In this document: piece after piece, positions 1-10,765 of the stretch
Layout: every line of letters starts with the position of its first letter
How positions within the stretch are numbered: position 1 is the stretch's first letter
Assembly: GCA_051599415.1 (NCBI GenBank)
Contig: AP039697.1
Span: forward strand, 310,001 to 374,000
DNA: 64,000 nucleotides
Reading direction: 5' to 3'
Source of the DNA: Savitreella phatthalungensis
Taxonomy: Eukaryota
Notes under the pieces: generated by a model
Seen by the model: only the letters and a program-made list of their open reading frames with translations
Database searches by the model: none
Told to the model about the DNA's origin: nothing
Translations under genes and position numbers: made by a program

Positions 1-179
1 TCGTATGTGTCTGGAGCCTTCATCTGAGAGCTGCCAGATGCGGGAGACTCGTGCTCGGGAGCTGGACTTTGACTTCGTCGCTGGCGCTTGGCATCAGGTT
101 GCTCAATTGTGAGGTCAGTATCAGCTTTAATTCGATCTTGTGCTGAGCCACCGGCATCGAATCGAGACCTGCGTGACAT
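1..179 (-). CDS. 5' end of a gene running off the window edge (MSRRSRFDAGGSAQ...)
   Basis: Manual translation: ATG at 179 and open to position 1. RRSRFD followed by a low-complexity Ser/Pro/Arg stretch, as in N-termini of RNA-processing proteins. Divergent from ILV6. Confidence 0.5.
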   Translation of the reverse strand, partial: MSRRSRFDAGGSAQDRIKADTDLTIEQPDAKRQRRSQSPAPEHESPASGSSQMKAPDTY

Positions 180-905
180 TGGCAGCGCTTCGCAAGAGGC
201 CTGTAGCTCTCTTTGCGCTGACGAGGCAGAACGTGATGCCGGTGACAGGGGAATGGCGTGTTTCTAAGGTGGAGTCATTGCGTTCGTGCATCCATCTATC
301 CATCCGTATGCCCGAACATGCTCGCATGTGACTCTCGAGTCTTACAGACTTGTATGATATAAATTCAGTTAGTTGTGCATCCACCGAAAGCCTGAGTGAG
401 ATTCTGAAGTCGATCATATCTAGGTCGATGCATGATTTACAGACTAATCGATTATGCAGGAAACTGAAGAACAGATCGAGCTAGACTAGATCACATGCGT
501 CCTGACAAGTTTTCCCTGTCGAATCGTTGCCTATGGGCTAGCTATATAAAACTTGTTCATCTGATACAAAGAGCAGAGAACTATTTAAATGATACTGGCT
601 ACTTCAAGATAAGTCTTCTCCACATATTTCATACAGTAAAATTAATTTTCGGATTTTCTTGCCAGAGCATTAGCTTTCCTTCAAGTCAAGCCTTTCTTGT
701 CTGGTCTGTCGAGCTATTCCTACAATTCTTTTCTGAGCAATCAACTTTTCCTTTATTGGAATCGATCTTTGTGACAATTGTCAGTCAGTGTTGTCGACGG
801 CAGCTGGACACGACACACCTTGGCCTGGTCCGGGAGATAACTCATCTGTCTTTGTCAGACCGCTGATAGCGTGCTTTACGCATAGGGGGACAAGTTTGCC
901 GACCC

Positions 906-1874
906 ATGCACTTTACATCGGTTGCCTTGCGGACCACCGCCGGTGCTGCTCGGTCGCGAGCGCTGTATAGGTCGACGACAACTTGCCGTGCTAAGTCCAC
1001 CGCCACATCGGCTTTACAGTACAAGGCTTCTCATCGAGGCCGCGTGCAAGCGCTGCCTGAGATCGACCCGCCGTCATGGTCCGTTCCTCAGGCCATCTCA
1101 AACATCCTCTACACGACACCGGCACCGTCGAAGGAGCCGCCGAAGCGGCATGTTCTCAACTGCCTTGTGCAGAATGAGCCGGGAGTACTGTCTCGTGTGT
1201 CTGGAATTCTGGCTGCTCGAGGATTCAATATCGACTCGCTCGTCGTTTGCAACACGGAGGTGGAAGACCTTTCTCGAATGACAATGGTGCTTCGCGGACA
1301 GGACGGTGTCGTAGAACAGGCTCGGCGGCAGCTCGAGGACTTGGTCCCTGTCTGGGCGGTTCTAGACTACACGCGTACTCCGATCGTCGAGCGTGAGCTT
1401 CTCCTGGCAAAAGTGTCTCTCCTCGGGCCGGAACATTTCCATGAGCTCCTTGCCCACCACCGCGCAGAGCTAGGCGACGAGGACTCTAGCACTCTCGCAG
1501 CTCAGCAGGCAAACGACGAGGATAGCGCTGGGCTGGGGCACCAGCCGCAGCAGGAGGCCTACCACCCTGCAAGTTTGGCGCCGAGTGAGGCACTCAGACA
1601 AAAACACCAGCACCTCAAAGCCATTAGCGATCTTGCTGCCAACTTCCGTGGCCACGTTGTCGACATCTCCACCAACACATGCGTTGTCGAACTCTGCGCA
1701 AAGCCAGCACGGATCGACAATTTCATCACGCTTCTGAGGCCATTCGGCGTTTTGGAAGCCGCACGCTCAGGTATGATGGCTCTCCCGCGAACCCCTCTTG
1801 AACATGCAGCTCGGCCAGAAGTCGAAATGGACGAAGCAGAGATCGTTGATGTATCAACTCTTCCGCCTGGATGA
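906..1874 (+). CDS. ILV6: Acetolactate synthase small (regulatory) subunit, mitochondrial
   Basis: HVLNCLVQNEPGVLSRVSGILAARGFNIDSLVV ACT domain; C-terminal LPPG; Arg/Thr-rich presequence. Confidence 0.96.
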   Translation: MHFTSVALRTTAGAARSRALYRSTTTCRAKSTATSALQYKASHRGRVQALPEIDPPSWSVPQAISNILYTTPAPSKEPPKRHVLNCLVQNEPGVLSRVSGILAARGFNIDSLVVCNTEVEDLSRMTMVLRGQDGVVEQARRQLEDLVPVWAVLDYTRTPIVERELLLAKVSLLGPEHFHELLAHHRAELGDEDSSTLAAQQANDEDSAGLGHQPQQEAYHPASLAPSEALRQKHQHLKAISDLAANFRGHVVDISTNTCVVELCAKPARIDNFITLLRPFGVLEAARSGMMALPRTPLEHAARPEVEMDEAEIVDVSTLPPG

Positions 1875-2050
1875 GGATCATGTAGCTTCCGAGACAATTC
1901 AGTTCTTGCCGGCAAGTCATTGGCTGCTTAGCCTAGGGCGGAATCATGAAGAGAGAGACAGTGAGCATTAATATATGGATACAAGGACATCATCGAATGA
2001 TCTTAAACGAATTGGTTGACCACATGCAACCGAGTGAGTGTATTTAGGCT

Positions 2051-4494
2051 CTAGAAGCCCACGCCGGCGCCGACGTCTTCCGCAGTCAGGTTCAAATTGA
2101 GCGGACCGAATTTACCGACGCGAACAACGGCTGATGCTGTTGCATTGAGCGTGAGTGTTCCGCCGAGGGCAGCCTTAAGAGCATCTCGACCTAGACCTCT
2201 CGCGGACCACTTGACCGGCAGCCGTGGTGTTTCAGTAGTCGGTGTGTCGCCACGAAGAACGATAGGCCCGACCGAGGGGTCTTCAGGCATATCGAATTGT
2301 GCATCAAAATCGAGAGCACCCACCTCGCTGCCGTGGTAAGTCGCAACGGCATGCAGGCTGTCGATTAAGACAGGCTCGTTTAGCGGATTGCGAAGTACGA
2401 AGCTTGCTGTCGAGCCGAAAAAGTGGAAGCTCGCCTTGACCAGAAACGGTGATTGCTTATGCTTGAGGAGCAGCGGGCTCTCATTAAGAATTTCAAGAGC
2501 GCGATCGGCGCCTAGCTCTTCGGAAACTTCTGTCGGAAGGTCGAGCTGAGGTAGCGGGATCTCCAGCTTGACAGGAACACGTCCTAGAGCGGCTCCCAGC
2601 TGAGGATGATTCGGTAGAGAGCCTTCGAAAGCCTTGAGCGTGACAAGCGTTTCGTTACCTGAAAGATAGCTGGACAACATTGATTCGCCTTCAGTCTTCT
2701 GGGCTGGCGTCGTACGATTAAACAAGATCGTCGCGCGGAGCGGAACTTTGCCCTCCTGCAATTGAAGGCCATGTGCCGTCAGGATGCCAATCTCGGTGTC
2801 ATGGAACTGAACAATTGCTCTCAGTTCCTTGACACTCACATCGTATGGAAGTGGGCTTTGTGCTTGACCCACGACTAGCATGGCCAGCGTCGACTCGCTC
2901 GACTGCGTAACGTTCATCTCACTGACTTTCGTCGCCACCTTTGTAGGCAAAGCAACGCGATCAAACTTGACCTCGACCTCTGGGAGGTTGATATTGTGGA
3001 GGCGGAAAGAACCCAGTGGAGTGTCGGCATTCACCGTAGCGACCGCCTGAACACCAAAGCATACCTGTTCATTGAGCAGCTGGCGTACGGCATTGGTCAC
3101 GTGCTCGTGGCTCAGAATGTCTAGCTGCGCATTCGAGACGCTTCCTGTGAGGTTTAGTAAATCGGACAGGTGTTGCGTGCCGATTAGCGCTTCGAGATGT
3201 CGCGTATGCACCCGGGCGATCGAATGGTTATCATAGATCAGACTGATTGCTGTGCTGCCTGAGAGACGCATGTCCGGCAGACTCATTGCCATTGGTAAGC
3301 GAATGTGTGCAGAACCTTTGACGTCAGCGTTAGCAACGCTTTGTTCGTCGTCAGTGACAGATATCGCCGCTTTTTCAACCGTGAGGTCGTCGAGCTTTAG
3401 CTGCGTATGAGAACGAGGCACTCGCACCGGCAGCTCAACATCGCGAAAGCACCTTTGACAACAATCCAATCTGCTCTCGTGCTCTCGGGCTGACTGTTAG
3501 CGCCACGAATGTAAACAATAGCATCCTCTTGCAGGAGTGAATCCAGAGGGGACCTGCCAGTCTCGTCGCATGTCTCTTGAACCCGTTTGCCAAGATTCTG
3601 AACACTAGCATGCACAGCAGCGTTCAGACTCTGACCTTTCCGACATCGTAGAGTGAGCTCTTCATTAGTCACAATTGTCAGAGACGTTCTTTGATGCTTG
3701 GTACAACCCGGAACCAAAATGTCCCAAGACAAAGCTGGGATCGTCATGTTCAGGGCCACTGGAGATCTGGACGAATGTGCAACCGCGGACGCTCTGATAC
3801 CCTCCATTTTCTTATCCGACATCTGCAGCTGATCGATTGTGATCCGTGGGATCGAGCTCTGGTGCTGGCGGACATCCACCTGGACAATTCTAGAGAATGG
3901 AATGTTGAAAGGCAGGATGCCGCCAACTTTGGCTTCGATACGGACAGGTACAACGAGCGGCTCATCAGCGAAGAACATAGCATGCCCCAGCCTGGCCGCT
4001 AGTCCTGCGTCGATGACCTTGACCACGCCGGGAAGCGCAAGCGATTGGAGGACGTGACGGTCGCCAGCAGGAAGATCAAATGGCTCGGCAATTCCTACTG
4101 CTGCTTCGCGTGTCAAATCATCAGGCGACAGCAAGAACCCACGAGCTTCCGCGATATGCAGCGACCAGCGATTTGACTGGCGCAATAGCCACGACCGATT
4201 GGTGTGCAATCGGAATGATGCGAGGAGCCTGCCGTGAAGCCCATTCAAACCGGGATACACGCCAGTAACGCCATCGATCTCGTAATCGACGAATTGCCCC
4301 AGATTGTTGAGATAAGAGCCAACGATCAGAATACCTGCGAGAATGACGAAAAGAAGACTTAGAAGCAGAGGGTAACCGATGCGCAGCTTGCGACTCTGTT
4401 TGTTGCGACGAGCGACTTCGGAGCCGTCGTAGCGTGTGATCTCGTGCGGAGATGCGCGAATGAGAGCTTCACGCTCATTGTGAACAGCGTTCAT
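2051..4494 (-). CDS. Tag1-like (DUF3712-type) single-pass membrane protein, split by a frameshift near 3400-3496
   Basis: Two overlapping same-strand ORFs (3397..4494 from the likely ATG, and 2051..3469). EREALI dileucine-like motif, one TM helix, beta-rich repeats, C-terminal FVLRNPL...ETPRLPVKW...ALGGTL...VGAGVGF. Confidence 0.7.
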
Positions 4495-4751
4495 GGCTTG
4501 CGCATGCCGTTGAATGACCTTTCGATTGTGCACGTCCCGCGTGCACTGCGTGTCAAATCTCCACAAATGACGCTGCTGTGCATGCCTGTAATTGCTGATT
4601 TCGATCATATTTAATGATGCATCGTTGAGGTCTACCGAATTTCATCGAGATCCGTTGCAAATACGCACTCACGCTCAACCAATGTGACGAAGTGCCCTGG
4701 ACTTGCAGGCGATTATATGCAGACACATGTGAGGCCGGTCTACGTAGTCGA

Positions 4752-5879
4752 CTAGTGGTCTTTGAGGAGGAATTCAAGCACAGCGATCATGATCCACTTG
4801 CGATTCTCGGCCTCGGGAAAGACTAGTGAGCGTGGGCTGTAAAAGACTTCGTCCGTGACTTCCTCCTGATGACGAGGCAGGCAATGCATGAATTTCCAAT
4901 CCTCTTTCGCCCCGCCGGACTGAGCCATTGCCGACGAAACCTGATATCCGTCGAATTCACGCATCTTCTGCTCCTTCTCAGACTCCTGTCCCATGGAGAT
5001 CCAAGTGTCGGTGACAATGATATCGGCGTCTCTGACAGCCTGGAGTGGGTCGCTGAGCGTCTCAATCACGGTCTTGCTGATATCAGCAGCCTCGCGGGCG
5101 AGATGGAGCACGTCCTCGTCGACTGGACGAGTCTTGGGTGTACATGCTGCAACGTTGATACCGGCCTTTCCACAGACGAGCATCAGATCATAGAGCACGT
5201 TGTTCGCATCTCCTACCCATGCGAGCTTCAGAGGAGTCTTTGAAGAGGTGGGACTGCCGCGTCCAGGAAATGCCTCCCGTATGGTCATGAGATCCGTAAG
5301 AGCCTGTAACGGATGGAACATATCACTGAGAGCGTTGATCACCGGAACTGTGGAAGCCTTGGCGAGCCCTGCGACGTCGTCATGGGCGTTTACGCGAGCC
5401 ACCATACAGCTGACCATGCTGGAAATGACGCGGCTTGTATCGTAGAGGCTCTCATTCACACCGAGCTGGATATCATCCTTGCCGAGGAACATAGCATGTC
5501 CACCAAAGTGAGCAACTGCTGCTTCGGTCGAGACGCGAGTGCGGGTAGAACGCTTACTGAACATCATCGCAACAGATTGGCCGGAGAGCATTCCATAACC
5601 TGGGTTTCCCGTGTGCCCATGTTTGACGACACCCTTGATCTCGCGGGCGCGATCGATGATGTGATCTACCTCGCCGGCCGAAAGATCTGCGACGGATAGG
5701 AGATGGCGAGGTGCGAAGGGAGATGTCTCTGGAGTCGAGATTGTCGCTGTGCTGTTATTTGTTGTTGTGGTATCAGAGGGGCCAGACATTGCCCGACTTG
5801 CACGAGGTTTGTTATAGGGCTTTGAGCGAGCACTTGTGCGAAGGCCAACGTTGGCAAGAGCGACTGGAGGACGAACCAT
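4752..5879 (-). CDS. ARG3: Ornithine carbamoyltransferase
   Basis: FSKRSTRTR carbamoyl-phosphate motif, HPLQAL, WISMG, FMHCLPR. First ATG at 5879 gives a basic presequence-like N-terminus. Confidence 0.96.
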   Translation of the reverse strand: MVRPPVALANVGLRTSARSKPYNKPRASRAMSGPSDTTTTNNSTATISTPETSPFAPRHLLSVADLSAGEVDHIIDRAREIKGVVKHGHTGNPGYGMLSGQSVAMMFSKRSTRTRVSTEAAVAHFGGHAMFLGKDDIQLGVNESLYDTSRVISSMVSCMVARVNAHDDVAGLAKASTVPVINALSDMFHPLQALTDLMTIREAFPGRGSPTSSKTPLKLAWVGDANNVLYDLMLVCGKAGINVAACTPKTRPVDEDVLHLAREAADISKTVIETLSDPLQAVRDADIIVTDTWISMGQESEKEQKMREFDGYQVSSAMAQSGGAKEDWKFMHCLPRHQEEVTDEVFYSPRSLVFPEAENRKWIMIAVLEFLLKDH

Positions 5880-6063
5880 GGACTGAGGAAGTCGAAGTGA
5901 AATTGGAGATTGCTCAGGAAAGCTGACCAAAGATAGCAATCCCAGATGAAAGATGTCTCGTTGGACCCAAAGACGAGCAAGTCTACGGAGCACTACTGGA
6001 CGAGATGACGCTGGTTTGGACCGAGTACAACGGTTCTTGAAGGCACGGATGAGTGGAGATTAA

Positions 6064-6080
6064 TGACTCGGATTGACTCA
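6064..6080. promoter_or_regulatory. Tandem TGACTC / TGACTCA (Gcn4/Cpc1-type bZIP) sites upstream of ARG3
   Basis: TGACTC at 6064 and TGACTCA at 6074, ~190 nt upstream of the ARG3 ATG; further copies at 6441 and 6475. Confidence 0.5.
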
Positions 6081-6786
6081 ACCTTCCGTGTGCAACGGCT
6101 AATGCAAGTTTAATCGCAGATATGTGCATAATTTTAGCTGCTGATGATGCTGGATCCAAGAGATCCCGTGAGTGCCGGGCTCAGTAGAATACAACATACG
6201 GCTATGCGCGGCTGTGCGAAGAGAGGTTTGCTGAAAGAAATCGATATGATGACCACCAATTGAAACCTGTTTTATCTTCAGCCAGAACTCTCGCCTACCT
6301 GGCCTACCTTTTCCCAGTGACCAATCTAGACACCTTTCATCTGAGTTTTGGTGTAAGTCATGATAATCTTCCGCTTATTGGCTCGAGATAAAAAATTAAA
6401 AGAAGCAAGAAACAGAATTGAAGAGCGCAGGAAGAAATTCTGACTCTCCAAGGTGTGATTGATTCATGCCTAATTGACTCAAATCATCAATTCAGCTACA
6501 CTCAGTCAATCCAACCTGGAGACGACCACAACTAAGCAAAGTTGACGAACCTGCATCCATGCGCAAACACGATCGAATGCACAAATTGTAACCACCCGCT
6601 ATTCACCTGTGACTTTCCTGAATCTCCACATATGACTGGGCTCAGCAGCGTACACGCGACCGAGTACAAAGTTTCAGATAGCCGTCGCTATCACGATACT
6701 GCTCATCTGCTTTTGACTATTGTTCTTGAGGCCTCCAACACCAACATGTCTGCATAAGTTCGCTCATGCGAATGACCATCTGAACA

Positions 6787-8571
6787 ATGATCTCCATTTT
6801 TGCCGCATTGTCGGCTTGCCTCATTTTGGCTGGAAGCCTGGTCATGGGCGATCAGCAGGCCTTCGCCGTCGGATCACTTCCAGGGGTTGAGCCAGCCGAC
6901 CTAGTGCCTGGTATGCACGCTGGCCACATCGATGTCGACCCGCAGTTTCACGGCGCCATGTTCTTCTGGGACGTCCCATCAAGGGATCCTCTGGGCAGAT
7001 CTCGGACAATTATCTGGCTGAACGGAGGTCCTGGCTGCTCGAGCATGGATGGAGCGCTCATGGAAGTCGGACCATATCGAGTACACGATGGCGGCAAACT
7101 CACGGCGAATCCAGGCAGTTGGCACGAAGAATCAAACGTCCTTTTTGTTGATCAACCTCTCGGAACAGGCTTTTCCTTCGTCGATACAGATCACTACCTA
7201 CATGAGCTCGAAGAAATGGCACAGCATTTCCTGAGTTTCATGGATGGCTGGTTCCAGGAATTTCCGGAGCGTAGACACGACGAATTCTGGCTTGCAGGCG
7301 AGTCCTTTGCAGGGCAATACATTCCGTACATTGGACGTGCAATGCTTGACAGGCAACACATTCGTCATCCCAACGCGCTGAATCTCCGAGGCGTGATGAT
7401 CAACAACGGCTGGGTTGAGCCGCTGACCATGTACAAGTCGTACTTGCCCAAAGCAGTGGAGGCTGGTCTGATTGCGCCGGGCTCGCCGGAACATCAAGCC
7501 GTAGAGGCCGTCATTGCCGAATGTGACAAAGCCATTGAGAAAGGCGGTACGCAGGTCTCAATAGGCGAATGTGAGTCCATCCTGAGCAAGGTCACGGATG
7601 TCACGCTCATCAAAGGCAATAATGATGAGAATGTGTGCGTCAACGTCTATGACATGCGTCTCCGGGACAAATACCCTGCATGTGGCATGTCATGGCCACC
7701 TGATCTCGAATTTGTAACACCGTACCTTCGCAGACAAGACGTCATCAATGCCCTGCATGTCAATCGCAAAACCTCAGGCTGGTCAGAGTGCAGTGGCGCG
7801 GTCTCCTCAGCGTTCCGCGCACAAAACTCTCGACCTGCATCGTTCCTGATCCCTGACTTGGCAGCAGAGATACCGGTGCACTTCATTTCTGGCGACCAGG
7901 ACCTGATTTGCAACAGCCTTGGCCAGACCTATTTCCTCGATCAGCTCATATGGAATGGCGAGCGAGGCTTTGCAACGAAGGATGGCTCTCCTTTGTCCCC
8001 GGTACCCTGGCGTTCGGACGGCGTAGTCGCTGGTACATATGTTGAGGCGCGTAATATCAGCCACGTCATCTTCCACAATGCTTCTCACATGTCGCCCTTC
8101 GACTGGCCTCTTCGAGCGCGCGAGCTCGCATACGGCCTCATGGGCGTGCAGAAGCTCGACCTGGCTAAGATGACACTTGCGCAAGAGCAGGCGGAAAATG
8201 AGAGCACGGCCGCACGATACCTGAAGCTACTCAAGGACTACAGAAATGGCGCGATCGCCTTAGTCCTCCTGCTTGTCATTGTTTCAGCACTTGTCGGCTT
8301 CCGCTTCCGCCATAGCCTCACGCGATACGGTCATCGACTCATTTTGAGGGCAAGAGGTCAGAGCCTGAAGCCTTCAGGTCGCGTGCATGGTCAAGCGCAG
8401 GAACTCGATGAATTCAGGCTCGGACAACCACTGTTCGAGCGTGGCGATGACGACGACGACGCGTTCGCACTCCATGATGGAGATCTGGACGAAGAGAATG
8501 ATGATGATAATCAAGATGACCGACTTAAACGTGACGCTTCCAATGGACGCTACAGTCGAGCTGCGACATAA
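6787..8571 (+). CDS. KEX1: Pheromone-processing serine carboxypeptidase (S10)
   Basis: Signal peptide, WLNGGPGCSS, GESFAG, GDQDLIC, NASHMSP, C-terminal TM and acidic cytosolic tail. Confidence 0.92.
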   Translation: MISIFAALSACLILAGSLVMGDQQAFAVGSLPGVEPADLVPGMHAGHIDVDPQFHGAMFFWDVPSRDPLGRSRTIIWLNGGPGCSSMDGALMEVGPYRVHDGGKLTANPGSWHEESNVLFVDQPLGTGFSFVDTDHYLHELEEMAQHFLSFMDGWFQEFPERRHDEFWLAGESFAGQYIPYIGRAMLDRQHIRHPNALNLRGVMINNGWVEPLTMYKSYLPKAVEAGLIAPGSPEHQAVEAVIAECDKAIEKGGTQVSIGECESILSKVTDVTLIKGNNDENVCVNVYDMRLRDKYPACGMSWPPDLEFVTPYLRRQDVINALHVNRKTSGWSECSGAVSSAFRAQNSRPASFLIPDLAAEIPVHFISGDQDLICNSLGQTYFLDQLIWNGERGFATKDGSPLSPVPWRSDGVVAGTYVEARNISHVIFHNASHMSPFDWPLRARELAYGLMGVQKLDLAKMTLAQEQAENESTAARYLKLLKDYRNGAIALVLLLVIVSALVGFRFRHSLTRYGHRLILRARGQSLKPSGRVHGQAQELDEFRLGQPLFERGDDDDDAFALHDGDLDEENDDDNQDDRLKRDASNGRYSRAAT

Positions 8572-8743
8572 CATCATGTAGTCAAAATTGGAATAGATCA
8601 ACGGATTGATATGGCAGCGATGCTGGAGTATCGAAGCGAGTCTCATGAATAGGGTCATGCATTACAAGGTTTCTACTTTCGCCACCGACGTCGGCAGTCA
8701 TATACATCGGTCTCCGTAATCTACTGGCGAATCAGGGATCTAG

Positions 8744-10765
8744 TCAAGGCATCTTGCTGCCCTTAATGACGCCGTCCTTACCAATGACTTTGACATCGCC
8801 ACGCTTGATCATCTTGCCAAGGCCTTGTTCGTCTTGCTTCTTCTTCGAGATTCCCCCACGGCCGTTGATAGTGGCCGAAAGGTTCTTGGCCTCTGTCTGC
8901 TTCCGCCTTCGTTCCTTCTCACGCCGACGCTGTCGGCGTTTCTGGTCGACCGACATCTCCGAACGCGAGATGGGAAGACCATCCTTGCCGAGGACTTCGC
9001 TGCGCTCAGCTTTTGCGGTGTACTGCTCCTGTGGGGCGAGCGTGCTGGAGACGCCAGCGTTGAGGGCGAGTGGCTGCTGGTCCTCCATGGCAATCGCAGC
9101 AGCATCGGTAACGATCGAGATGGCCTCTGCCGGCGGCCGTGGCGTGTAGTGCCACGAAGACAGGCTGTCAAGTGCGTAAGATGCCTCTTTCCAGAGCTGC
9201 TCAATCTCTTTGCGCTCTGCCTCGGATACTTTTGACCCAGCGTCCGGTCCTTGCTCAGCATCGTCAAGCGTCTTCGCTCGTCGAGAGTCTGCAAATTCAT
9301 CCTCATACAGTTGAGCAAGTGACTTTTGAGATTTCTGATCGCTCAATTCGAAGTCGGCGCTCTGCTTGAATCGAGCATGACCTGCGAGCTCAGGCACCTT
9401 GCGGACCACGGTATCGAAGTTATCAGCGACGATGCGCTGCTTAATCAACTGCTCCAAATCTTGAACCACCTCCTCAGTGATCACGGGTACGGGCCGTTTA
9501 TTGCCTTCGAATTCGACGGGCGCCTCGAGCAACGAATCCACCGGTCGACTTCGAGCTTGTGCTTCACCGGACATCTGCCACGATTTTGGAGCAACGTTCT
9601 CGGCCTCCAGTGCACGAATCTCGGCCGCAAGTTGCTGCTGTCTCCGAGCGTGCTTCGACAGATTGCCACGACGGTGTCCACCGATACTCTCGTCAATCTC
9701 GTCCCCAGACTCATCCTGATCGTTGTCCACTTCGAACAGATCCATTTGCACTCCTCGCATGGCTTCATTCTCGAGCTCTGGGTCATTCAGTGTATCATCT
9801 GCATCGATATCAGGATCATCTTCTTCGGGTTCTTCACGCTGTGCTCGTCGACGATGCGGTTGATATTGTTGCCGGCGTTCGCGCCTCCGTCCTGGTGGCG
9901 GAGCAAAGAAGTCTTCGTACTTGAGATCTGCGGGATCTGCCTCATCATCCAGATCATCAACATCAAAGTTGTCCAAATCGATTTCCTCGTCAGTGGCTTC
10001 CTCCTCGTTCTCATCTCCGACAGCACCTCCGCGGGAGGACTTGTCCCTATCAGTCCGCCGACGACCGTCACTGAAAGGGTCTTCTTCGTCCATGTTTTCC
10101 ACTTGCCGAGTGACCTCGTCTGGATTGAAAAAGACTTTGTGAATGTCTTGCTCCTCACCTAGGTCAGAATCTGACGATATTTCTCTAGAAGCCATGGCGT
10201 TCAGATCATCTTCGACGTCATCATCGTCGCCTTCGAACTGCATATGATCGTTTTCAAGATCGTTGACAAATTCGGATCCAACGCTCTCTTCTTCGAGTGT
10301 GTCTTCCGAAATGTCATCGATTCCCTCCAGATCTGACGAAGCATTGCTCGGCTCTAGATCTTCTTGATCGACGTCGCTGTTCATGAATACTTCGTCAAAT
10401 GGCTCACTATCTCCCTCGGTTGACCCGTCACTTTCTTCCTGGTCAGAATCCACTTCATCGGCTGCTGCAGCCTTTTCGTAGCCGGATAGATCAGCCTCCA
10501 GAACCTGCGCTGCTGTTTGCTCCGTAAGCATTTTGATTTGTTGCCAGATCTGGTCAAGGTGCATGTCGCGAATGTACAACTCATCTAACAGACCGCGAGC
10601 TCTTGCGAGAGGATCCGTCAGGATCTTTGTCTGAGCAAGAAGCTCTTCGGAAAGCGCCTGGTCCATGGAAAGCAGACGTTCTGGAGCATCGACGAGCGAA
10701 TCGATCGAGGTTGCGACTCTCAGCTCGGGGACATTGGGCGCTGCAGACACCCTGGTCGCAACCAT
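8744..10765 (-). CDS. MPP10: U3 snoRNP protein Mpp10
   Basis: DQIWQQI, long acidic region, KSWQMSGEA..RSRPVDSLLE, LSDQKSQKSLAQLYE, LDSLSSWHYTP, LAPQE. First ATG at 10765. Confidence 0.93.
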   Translation of the reverse strand: MVATRVSAAPNVPELRVATSIDSLVDAPERLLSMDQALSEELLAQTKILTDPLARARGLLDELYIRDMHLDQIWQQIKMLTEQTAAQVLEADLSGYEKAAAADEVDSDQEESDGSTEGDSEPFDEVFMNSDVDQEDLEPSNASSDLEGIDDISEDTLEEESVGSEFVNDLENDHMQFEGDDDDVEDDLNAMASREISSDSDLGEEQDIHKVFFNPDEVTRQVENMDEEDPFSDGRRRTDRDKSSRGGAVGDENEEEATDEEIDLDNFDVDDLDDEADPADLKYEDFFAPPPGRRRERRQQYQPHRRRAQREEPEEDDPDIDADDTLNDPELENEAMRGVQMDLFEVDNDQDESGDEIDESIGGHRRGNLSKHARRQQQLAAEIRALEAENVAPKSWQMSGEAQARSRPVDSLLEAPVEFEGNKRPVPVITEEVVQDLEQLIKQRIVADNFDTVVRKVPELAGHARFKQSADFELSDQKSQKSLAQLYEDEFADSRRAKTLDDAEQGPDAGSKVSEAERKEIEQLWKEASYALDSLSSWHYTPRPPAEAISIVTDAAAIAMEDQQPLALNAGVSSTLAPQEQYTAKAERSEVLGKDGLPISRSEMSVDQKRRQRRREKERRRKQTEAKNLSATINGRGGISKKKQDEQGLGKMIKRGDVKVIGKDGVIKGSKMP

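Noticed and set aside
495..866. 123-aa ORF in AT-rich DNA upstream of ILV6
   Set aside because: No motifs, atypical composition, lies in a divergent promoter; likely spurious.
6246..6344. Possible C/D snoRNA (ATGATGA ... CTGA)
   Set aside because: No convincing terminal stem or rRNA-complementary guide that I could verify by eye.
9326..10162. Long antisense ORFs over MPP10 (and similar ones over TES1, RUD3, POR1, BNA7)
   Set aside because: Shadow ORFs expected from codon bias and GC content opposite real genes.
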